IMG/VR virus record: IMGVR_UViG_3300046355_000046
Span: 22,458 to 86,457 of that record
Strand: one strand, 5' to 3'
From: a virus
DNA: 64,000 nt
In this document: positions 1 through 7,531 of the stretch, in pieces
Layout of the letters: every line of letters begins with the position of its first letter
How positions within the stretch are numbered: position 1 is the first letter of the stretch
Notes under the pieces: generated by a model
The model's database searches: none
What the model saw: the letters and a program-made list of their open reading frames with translations, nothing else
What the model was told of the DNA's origin: nothing
Translations under genes and position numbers: made by a program

Positions 1-2
1 TA

Positions 3-335
3 TATATTATTTGCCCAACTGTTACAACTACTCCTACTGATACAACTATTGCGTATAGTTTTGCTGAAGTGGGTGGTGATGTAGATGCTTATATAGTTAA
101 GTTATTTAACTCAGCTGGTAATACTGAAATAGCATCATCTACCCCAATAGGAACAACAACTCGTACTGGAACTTTTACAGGATTAACTGCAAGTACTAGT
201 TATAAAATAAGAGTAGTTCCATCAGCTGGAGCTTTAACTAAAACAGATTGTTTGTTTGATAGTGTTAGCACAACCGCTCCTCCAGTATGTAGTATTCCTA
301 CAAATGTAGTAGCAACATTAGAACCTGAAACTTAA
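3..335 (+). CDS. 5'-truncated virion/tail protein with C-terminal FN3-like domain
   Basis: Frame is open from base 3 (YIICPTVTT...), so the GTG at 69 is internal. TFTGLTASTSYKIRV is an FN3-like signature. Confidence 0.7.
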   Translation, partial: YIICPTVTTTPTDTTIAYSFAEVGGDVDAYIVKLFNSAGNTEIASSTPIGTTTRTGTFTGLTASTSYKIRVVPSAGALTKTDCLFDSVSTTAPPVCSIPTNVVATLEPET

Positions 336-361
336 TTAATACATTTTAAATACTTAAAGAT

Positions 362-1018
362 ATGTCATGCGGTTGTAACGATACGGCTTTACCTTTAGCA
401 AACTGCAACGATGGTTGTGCAGATTGCCCACCATCAAATGCTATCAATCTTCCACCTTGTGTAGGAGGAGAGCCTTGTGATGAGATATTGTTTACAGATT
501 GTGTAAAGTTTAGTGGACCAAATCTTCCAGCTTTAGGTATTAATAACGGTGACCGTTTACTTACCGTATTAACTAAACTACATAAAGTAGTTAATAGTGT
601 AATTGATACAGCTGTTCCATTAGCTAGTTATACAGCTACTTCTACTACAACTACTCCTATGGTAGTAAGTTATTTAGGACTTGGTCCTGTATATACTTCT
701 ACAGCAGGAGCTACAAGTAGTAATGCTACAATTACTGTTGGTTCAACAACTGGTTTAGCTGTAGGTATGACATTAGAAGTAACAGCAGGTGTTGGTGCAT
801 TTGCAGCTAACAGCACTGTTCTTTCTGTACCTACAACAACAACATTTGTAGCATCAGCAGTACCAACCACTGCATTATCTGGTGGAGCTACTGTAATAAA
901 AGCTACAGGAACTACTCATCAAATCTTTAATATTTCAGTAGTACAAAATGCTCCACAAACATTTAAAGCGTTTGTTGGATCACCTATTAAAGTATCTGGA
1001 ACAGGAACTATTGTATAA
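362..1018 (+). CDS. Cys-rich tail fibre-like structural protein
   Basis: N-terminal Cys cluster and CVKFSGPNL..LGI..GD.L..VL.KL segment resembling crAss-like fibre anchor domains. Thr/Ala/Gly-rich beta C-terminus. Confidence 0.6.
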   Translation: MSCGCNDTALPLANCNDGCADCPPSNAINLPPCVGGEPCDEILFTDCVKFSGPNLPALGINNGDRLLTVLTKLHKVVNSVIDTAVPLASYTATSTTTTPMVVSYLGLGPVYTSTAGATSSNATITVGSTTGLAVGMTLEVTAGVGAFAANSTVLSVPTTTTFVASAVPTTALSGGATVIKATGTTHQIFNISVVQNAPQTFKAFVGSPIKVSGTGTIV

Positions 1019-1030
1019 ACCAACTAAATT

Positions 1031-1465
1031 ATGCCTGCTGAATTACCTTGTTCATCAACTAAAACGTTAGTTATCAATTATACATCTGCAAGTAATATAT
1101 TACCAGCAGGTGGATATACTATTCAATGGAGAGTTGTAGGAAGTTCTACTTGGAATACTGTAGCTAATAAAACTACTAATCCTATTAGTATTCCAAATGT
1201 ACCAACTTGTTATAGTATTGAAGGAAAGATATTAGCTGATTGCGGAACTGGTGAGTTAAATCAATTAGAAACATTTGGTGTAACTGGAATTAGTACAAGT
1301 TGTGCAACATATACGCTTCTAGATGATGGTGACTATACATATACACCATGTGATAGTTTTCAACCAGTATCTGTTTTTAATAATTCAGATGTACCACAAT
1401 CTGTTTGTGCAATTGAAGGAACAATAAGTGGTGGTCAATTTAGTTATTTAGGTAAATGCTTATAG
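1031..1465 (+). CDS. Structural/adhesin protein with shared FN3-like N-terminal domain
   Basis: PAGGYTIQW...EGKILADCG motif paralogous to the genes at 1475 and 2789. Confidence 0.6.
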   Translation: MPAELPCSSTKTLVINYTSASNILPAGGYTIQWRVVGSSTWNTVANKTTNPISIPNVPTCYSIEGKILADCGTGELNQLETFGVTGISTSCATYTLLDDGDYTYTPCDSFQPVSVFNNSDVPQSVCAIEGTISGGQFSYLGKCL

Positions 1466-1474
1466 TAATAATTA

Positions 1475-2593
1475 ATGGCTAACGAACTAACTATATCATT
1501 TACTGAAGCTTCTCCAGCTCCATCTGGCGGATATCTAGTTAGATATTGGGCAACTAATACTCCAGGTACTATTTTAACAACAACTGTTACAAGTAGTCCT
1601 GCTGTCATTAGTGGATTAAGTGCAACATCATATACTGGTACAATAGAATCACTTTGTAGTTTTGGTAATTCTACTAGAGTTTCTTTTACAGATCAAGTAT
1701 GTGAGTTAGCATTAGTTTTAAACACAACTAATCCTACAAACCAAGGTGGTACGAACGGTACTGCTACAGTAACATCGGTTACTGGCGGATCTGGAACATA
1801 CACATATAGCTGGAATACTAGTCCTGTACAGACAACACAAACAGCTACAGGCTTAAGTGCAGGAGTAAGTTATACTGTAACAGTTACTGATACTGTAACT
1901 ACTTGTACAAAAACTGAAAGTATTGAAGTGGGTCAAACATCATTTACATTTGATGCAGACTATATGGTGGTAACATATCAGTTTACTGATGGAAGGGATT
2001 TAGATACAAGAACAAGAATAGTATCTATAGAAGGCACTACTTATTCTGATCAAGATGAAGCTGGAACATATATTGGTTACGGCCAATATACAAGAACTCC
2101 GCAAACTGCTAGTTATATAGAAAGTGGTAATGTTTGTAATGTAGCTATTAAGCCATTAGCTATTTGGGGATCTGATAATCTTAACCAAGGTTATGAGTCT
2201 ACAATGATTGATTTTACTTTGATTCCAACTGGACAAAATGAGATAGTAATTGATTGTAGAGCATTTTGGTGGGGAGAGATTGGTACGCAAGCAGTTAATA
2301 TAGGATTTACTCTTTACAAAGGTGGATGCATGGTTAAGCAAGGTGCAGCAGGAAGTCCAGCTTATAGCTTTACTAACCCAACTGCAGTTGGAACATTTGC
2401 AGGATCATCTTCTAGTAAAGTGATTACAGCCTATAAAGATGGTGGAGGTCTAGCTGTAGGTTCTTCAGACTTAGAAATTCCAAGTGTATCTGCTAATTTA
2501 TCTAGAGGTCAAAGAATAGCAGTAATTAGTTATAATAGAAGTACTAATGTTGGAACCATTGATATTAATGATATAACCACACCAGCTGTATAA
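1475..2593 (+). CDS. Putative adhesin/tail appendage: FN3-like domain, SprB repeat and beta-rich C-terminal domain
   Basis: [11 protein letters not shown]-terminal domain. [20 protein letters not shown]...[15 protein letters not shown] is SprB-repeat-like. Confidence 0.65.
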   Translation: MANELTISFTEASPAPSGGYLVRYWATNTPGTILTTTVTSSPAVISGLSATSYTGTIESLCSFGNSTRVSFTDQVCELALVLNTTNPTNQGGTNGTATVTSVTGGSGTYTYSWNTSPVQTTQTATGLSAGVSYTVTVTDTVTTCTKTESIEVGQTSFTFDADYMVVTYQFTDGRDLDTRTRIVSIEGTTYSDQDEAGTYIGYGQYTRTPQTASYIESGNVCNVAIKPLAIWGSDNLNQGYESTMIDFTLIPTGQNEIVIDCRAFWWGEIGTQAVNIGFTLYKGGCMVKQGAAGSPAYSFTNPTAVGTFAGSSSSKVITAYKDGGGLAVGSSDLEIPSVSANLSRGQRIAVISYNRSTNVGTIDINDITTPAV

Positions 2594-2796
2594 TGAAACA
2601 TTTAACTAATATAATTGTCAGTAATTTAGGTGTAGACTACACTAAAGAAAACTTTATTGTTCAGAATGGTCATGATTTTATTATATATAAGAAGTTTGAA
2701 GAAGACTTTTTTATTGTAATGAAAGATAATAATGAACTAAGTGAAGTGCTAATATCTAATGAAGACGTAACAAACTGGATTAATAATCATGTCTAA
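2593..2796 (+). CDS. Small acidic hypothetical protein
   Basis: 67-aa ORF coupled to the upstream gene (TAATG overlap) and overlapping the next start. Confidence 0.6.
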   Translation: MKHLTNIIVSNLGVDYTKENFIVQNGHDFIIYKKFEEDFFIVMKDNNELSEVLISNEDVTNWINNHV

Positions 2797-3484
2797 TACA
2801 TTAACCATAACGTTTGCAGAAACATCTCCTGATCCTCAAGGAGGTTATAGAGTTACATACTGGCCTACAAGTACTCCAGCTAGTGCTATTGTGATTACAC
2901 CTAATCCAACTAGTTCTCCTGTAGTAATTACAGGACTTAATGGTACTTCATACAGTGGCACTGTTGAGGCTGCATGTGGTGGAGGAAACTATTCTACACC
3001 TGCTAGTTTTACAGGAACTGCCGGCTCTAGTGGAGCTGCTACTTTATCAGTTGGAACTTCATGTAGTAGTGGTTATGGTAATTATAATCTTACAGGAACA
3101 GTTGGAAATATTGTTAGAGTAAAGCTTGCAATCTCTGGTTTACTTACACCTACTAATACAGCTTGGTTAAGTGCTACTATGGGATCAACAAGTCCTAACT
3201 TTTCTGTTACTGGAACAAGTGGATGTTTTCAACCTGGTTCTAGTGCAGGTGTAACATTAGATCTTTACAAGAATATTACTATTCCAGTTGGTGGAGTAGT
3301 AAATATTAATACGTCAATCTTTACAAATAATTCAACATCTAGTATGATCTCAGCATCGCTAACTATTATGACAGTTAATGGAGGTGCAAATACTTCAACA
3401 GGTACAACTGCACTTAGTGGTGTATGTGCAGGAAACTCTAGTACTGGAGGATCTTGTCCTGGAGCATCATATACAGGTGATTAA
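2789..3484 (+). CDS. Putative adhesin/tail appendage with shared FN3-like N-terminal domain
   Basis: PQGGYRVTYW...SSPVVITGL..TSYSGTVEAACG closely resembles the N-terminus of the gene at 1475. Ser/Thr/Gly-rich C-terminus. Confidence 0.62.
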   Translation: MSNTLTITFAETSPDPQGGYRVTYWPTSTPASAIVITPNPTSSPVVITGLNGTSYSGTVEAACGGGNYSTPASFTGTAGSSGAATLSVGTSCSSGYGNYNLTGTVGNIVRVKLAISGLLTPTNTAWLSATMGSTSPNFSVTGTSGCFQPGSSAGVTLDLYKNITIPVGGVVNINTSIFTNNSTSSMISASLTIMTVNGGANTSTGTTALSGVCAGNSSTGGSCPGASYTGD

Positions 3485-3530
3485 GATATAAAAAAGTCAG
3501 TGGTTTTGTTGGTTTCCACCTGACAAACAA

Positions 3531-3565
3531 AGCCCTTGCTATTTCTATAGTAGGGGCTAATTTTT
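3531..3565 (+). terminator. Probable intrinsic terminator after the adhesin cluster
   Basis: AGCCCTTGCTAT-TTCT-ATAGTAGGGGCT 12-bp stem (two G-U pairs) followed by AATTTTT. Confidence 0.65.
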
Positions 3566-3651
3566 AAAATGTTGATATTTTGTGTATAAAAAGTGTTATA
3601 ATTAAATAACATCAACTAACTTTATACACCATATACCCAATCTAAACAACT

Positions 3652-4968
3652 ATGACGTTAATCAATCAGGTGTATGGTTCTCTCAGATGGAAGAAAACTG
3701 ATGAGTTCTGTGCTTCAAAATTAGGTATTTCATTACAAAAATACCAAGAGATCAAGAAACAAATTTTACAAACAAAAGATCTACTACAGAGTGAACTAGA
3801 TATTAGTCTTGTAGATTTAGTTGGTAAAAGAATGCTAGAACTGATAGATGATGAAAGCATCAAGAATCAGTACATTACAGACCTTGAAAACCATTTGGTG
3901 GATACTATTAACCAAACTAAAGAAAAGGTCGTAGAATGGAAGGAAAACCTTGAAGAAGGGGTGGCAGAAATAAAAGGTATAGCCTTTGCTGAACCTAAGA
4001 GTCCAGAAGAGATAATTAGGATATTAAAAATAGATACAGATAAGTGGAAACTTAGTTCCTACTGGAACAAACAACATAAAGACTATTGGCTAATCTCAGC
4101 CATGGTTACTCAGAAAGTCTTGGAACCCAAAGACTTATTACAAGAAACTTTACAGAATTTTAATCCGTCATATAAACCCGTTGCAGAGGTATTTGTCAAT
4201 GACAAATTTGATAACCCAACTGTGGGGATCTTGTCTATTCAAGATCTCCACTTTGGTAAGGAGGGTAATCTATCTGTAGTAGATGATTTTAAAGAAAGCA
4301 TTAAGAGTCTTGTATTAAGATCTTATTACTCTCATAAAGTAGAAAAGATCATATATGTGATAGGAGGGGATCTTCTTAACATGGATACCTTTGGTGGACT
4401 AACTACCAAGGGAACACCAGTAGACTCTGACCTTAGAGCTCAAGATGCCTATGATGAGGCTTTTGATGCTATGTTCTGGTCAATTAACTTTATTAAACAA
4501 TTTTGTAAAGAATTAGAAGTGGTCTACTTACCTGGTAACCATGATCGTTTATCTTCTTACCACTTGGTACACGCCTTGTCTAAATGCTTTACTCAAGAGA
4601 TTTCTATTACGTTTGATGCTACTTATGCAGAAAGAAAAGTTCTTACCTGGGGTGATAACTTCTTTGCGTTTGAACATGGTGATGTAACTAAGAAGATGAC
4701 AGCTTTAGTATATGCTACAGAGTTTCCACATCAGTGGGGTCAGACTACATTCCGTACATGTTATACGGGACACTTCCATACAAAGAAGATAACTGAGTTT
4801 GTTACAGATAATGAGGTACATGGTTTTACTATTAAGCATCTTCCTTCTTTATCTAAATCAGATTATTGGCATTACCACAACAAGTTTACAGGATCTAAGC
4901 GTCAAGCAGTTATGGAGATCCATGACTTAACTAAAGGTAAAGTATCTGAATTTACCCATAATGTTTAA
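3652..4968 (+). CDS. Calcineurin-like metallophosphoesterase with N-terminal HTH/coiled-coil extension
   Basis: All five motifs present: QDLHFG, GGDLL, PGNHD, EHGD, GHFH. Confidence 0.85.
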   Translation: MTLINQVYGSLRWKKTDEFCASKLGISLQKYQEIKKQILQTKDLLQSELDISLVDLVGKRMLELIDDESIKNQYITDLENHLVDTINQTKEKVVEWKENLEEGVAEIKGIAFAEPKSPEEIIRILKIDTDKWKLSSYWNKQHKDYWLISAMVTQKVLEPKDLLQETLQNFNPSYKPVAEVFVNDKFDNPTVGILSIQDLHFGKEGNLSVVDDFKESIKSLVLRSYYSHKVEKIIYVIGGDLLNMDTFGGLTTKGTPVDSDLRAQDAYDEAFDAMFWSINFIKQFCKELEVVYLPGNHDRLSSYHLVHALSKCFTQEISITFDATYAERKVLTWGDNFFAFEHGDVTKKMTALVYATEFPHQWGQTTFRTCYTGHFHTKKITEFVTDNEVHGFTIKHLPSLSKSDYWHYHNKFTGSKRQAVMEIHDLTKGKVSEFTHNV

Positions 4969-5023
4969 ACTATAAAAGTTTAAATAGGAAACTTCATGGA
5001 TTTTTCGTAAATTATTAATGTAG
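4966..5023 (+). promoter_or_regulatory. Phage-specific promoter/operator element, copy 1
   Basis: TAAAC-N7-GTTTA palindrome followed by a T-run and GTAAATTATTAATGTAG. Same 58-bp layout as 18741-18798. Confidence 0.7.
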
Positions 5024-5029
5024 ATCATT

Positions 5030-5620
5030 GTGGCAAAAGCATGTAAAAAACCGGATCTTAACGCTCCAAGATATAGACCAAAGAAACTAAACCTTACTAA
5101 TATAGACTTTTACAAAAAGTTTATTGCTAGTAATCCAAAGTACGCTTCTATGGATATAGCTACTTTTAAAAGTATTATTAATGCGTTTAATGGTGAGATT
5201 TGGCAGAAGGTTATAGATGAACGAGATGGTGTAGAGTTACCAGAGCAACTAGGTTATATTTTTATTGGGACATGTCCACGTAAAAAAAGTAATGTAGACT
5301 TTAGTAAAAGCAAGAAATACGGTACAGTTATTCAGCATCAAAACTGGGAATCTGACCAATATGCAGCTAAGATATTCTACACAAACTTTGAGACCAAGTA
5401 TAGATTCAAGCATAATGAGATGTGGAGTTTTACTGGTATTAGAGATTTTAAAAGGATGGTTGGTCAAACGTATCCTCAAGAGTGGAAGAAATATGTAATG
5501 GTAGATAATCTTGTAAGGGTTAGTAGACTTTTTAGAAAGGAAAAGTATAAAGATTTTAAAAAACAAGAAACTCAGTATATCATTAAAAACAATGAATATG
5601 ATGAGTTTAATTTAGATTAA
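5030..5620 (+). CDS. HU/IHF-like DNA-binding protein
   Basis: Basic protein with IWQKVIDERDGVELPEQLGYIFI HU-like segment. Position before the ring-protein genes matches crAss-like gene order. GTG start. Confidence 0.6.
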   Translation: MAKACKKPDLNAPRYRPKKLNLTNIDFYKKFIASNPKYASMDIATFKSIINAFNGEIWQKVIDERDGVELPEQLGYIFIGTCPRKKSNVDFSKSKKYGTVIQHQNWESDQYAAKIFYTNFETKYRFKHNEMWSFTGIRDFKRMVGQTYPQEWKKYVMVDNLVRVSRLFRKEKYKDFKKQETQYIIKNNEYDEFNLD

Positions 5621-5624
5621 GGCT

Positions 5625-6299
5625 ATGGCTAAAACTACTATAGGAGATGTAATCTCTAGAATGCGTACACAGATAAAGGCTGTTAGACAAGATGCTTTCT
5701 TGACTGACAGAGCTATCTATGCATTTATTCTAAAGCATTCTAAATGGTTAATGAAGCGTGAAGATGGTAAGAATAAACTTCTTGCTTATTCCGGTGTAGT
5801 TCAAACTATGGATTTTGTAGAACTTATAGAAGTAGATAAAGTAGAGGCGTGTTGCACAGGATTAACTTCTGACTGTACTATTAAACGTACAAAGGACAAG
5901 ATGCCAATCTTTATGCAAGGATATAATGGTCCACTTATTCGTTCTACTACATCTATTGATGGTTCAGAAGAACTTCAATCAACCAACCCTAGTACATTCT
6001 TATCTTTATCTAAATCTAAAAACTTTAAGTACAATAAGTCTAAATACTATTGGTACTTAAATGACTACTTATACTTTCCTAATATTGAATGGGATGCTGT
6101 ACGTATAGAAGGTATCTTTGAAGAAGACATTTCTGTATTTACATGTGCTGCTGATAGCTGTATTCAAAAGACAGATCAACCATTCAATGTACCAGATTAT
6201 TTATTTGGTGAGATTGAAACTAACGTATTTAAAGATCTAATGGGAATGATGCAGATTCCATCAGATACTTCTCAAGATAAACAGAATGTACTTCGATGA
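5625..6299 (+). CDS. Tail ring (tubular) protein
   Basis: Size, synteny and the YYWYLNDYLYF...VRIEGIFED segment typical of crAss-like ring proteins. Confidence 0.7.
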   Translation: MAKTTIGDVISRMRTQIKAVRQDAFLTDRAIYAFILKHSKWLMKREDGKNKLLAYSGVVQTMDFVELIEVDKVEACCTGLTSDCTIKRTKDKMPIFMQGYNGPLIRSTTSIDGSEELQSTNPSTFLSLSKSKNFKYNKSKYYWYLNDYLYFPNIEWDAVRIEGIFEEDISVFTCAADSCIQKTDQPFNVPDYLFGEIETNVFKDLMGMMQIPSDTSQDKQNVLR

Positions 6300-7168
6300 A
6301 AACTGAATTATCATATAGAACATTTGACCAACTTCTTGATGAGGTTGCTACAGACTTTGTTACCTACAGCAATGAAGGTATGATAGAGCCTGCTCAGCTT
6401 ATCAAGGTGGCACAAAGAGTTAACTATGACTTAGGTCTTAGAATCCACGGAACTAAAGAAAAAGTACTAGACATAGAAAAAAAGAAGACTAAGCTTCCTA
6501 GTGATTTTTATGTACTAAACTATGCACATCTTTGTGGACGCTACACTGTAACTCAATCTGTAATGTCAGGTCGTGAAACAGAAAACGTTATTTTAAAGAA
6601 TGATCTTTGTAGAAAGTGTGGACAACCTGATCCTCAATGTAGTTGTGAAAAGACATATACTGTAGAGTGCAAAACTGGAGAGAACATTCATGTACAAGTT
6701 GTAGAAAAGCGTAAGTATGAAACACGTACTTATGATACCTTTGAACGTATGCATATTGCTACTTCTACAGGAAAGATAGATGCTCTTAATGATAATGCAA
6801 GTGGCCGCACTGGATATATAAAAAATGGATTTATATACACAAATGTAGATGAAGGTCAATTGTTTATTTCTTACCAAGGTGCTCTTGAAGATGACGGTGG
6901 AAACTTATTAGTGCTAGATCATCCTGTGATTAATGAGTACTATGAGTATGCAATGAAACAACGCATTCTTGAAAACTTATATATTAATGGTGAGGAAGTT
7001 ACACAAAAGATGCAGCTTATTGAACAACGTTTAAAAGCAGCTCGTAATAATGCATTAAGTATTGTTAACACTCCAGACTTTGCAGAGATGTATAAGGTAT
7101 GGCAAATGAACCGTAAAGCTCAGTATAACCGATATTATGATATGTTTAAAAGCACTAATGGCTTTTAA
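6296..7168 (+). CDS. Tail ring (tubular) protein with Cys-rich insertion
   Basis: KLPSDF, YIKNGFIYTN..EG.LFISY, G..LVLD...EYYEY pattern of P22 gp4-like/crAss ring proteins. ATGA overlap with the upstream gene. Confidence 0.68.
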   Translation: MKTELSYRTFDQLLDEVATDFVTYSNEGMIEPAQLIKVAQRVNYDLGLRIHGTKEKVLDIEKKKTKLPSDFYVLNYAHLCGRYTVTQSVMSGRETENVILKNDLCRKCGQPDPQCSCEKTYTVECKTGENIHVQVVEKRKYETRTYDTFERMHIATSTGKIDALNDNASGRTGYIKNGFIYTNVDEGQLFISYQGALEDDGGNLLVLDHPVINEYYEYAMKQRILENLYINGEEVTQKMQLIEQRLKAARNNALSIVNTPDFAEMYKVWQMNRKAQYNRYYDMFKSTNGF

Positions 7169-7171
7169 TAT

Positions 7172-7531
7172 ATGAAATTAAGTACTACCATAAAAATACC
7201 AACGTATAGTTGTAAGCTCATAGTGGTAGTGGTGGAAAGTGTATCTGTAGCAGCAGAGAAACTTTACAAGAAGTACAAGATTAAAGATGATTTTGGAGGA
7301 GAGGCTGAAGGAGCTTTAGTAATACCAGATATAGATAATTACTATCTTTTACTAGGTGATCAGTTCTTAACTCATAATACAATTGCCCATGAACTTTATC
7401 ATGCTGTAGTTAGAATAACAGAAGATAGAGATATAACAGATGAAGAGGCACAAGCTTGGCTGGTTGGTCATCTTACTGGAGAAATATATAAATTTTTGGA
7501 CAAGAAGAAGTTAGTAATTAAACATGGCTGA
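7172..7531 (+). CDS. Small zincin-like (HExxH) metallopeptidase-fold protein
   Basis: IAHELYHA plus downstream DEEAQAW. Confidence 0.7.
   Translation: MKLSTTIKIPTYSCKLIVVVVESVSVAAEKLYKKYKIKDDFGGEAEGALVIPDIDNYYLLLGDQFLTHNTIAHELYHAVVRITEDRDITDEEAQAWLVGHLTGEIYKFLDKKKLVIKHG

Noticed and set aside
3581-3630. DnaA-box-like 9-mers (TGTGTATAA 3581, TTATACACC 3622, also 51695 and 58991) as targets of the DnaA-IV protein
   Set aside because: Roughly ten perfect TTWTNCACA matches are expected by chance in 64 kb of this composition, and there is no cluster typical of an origin.
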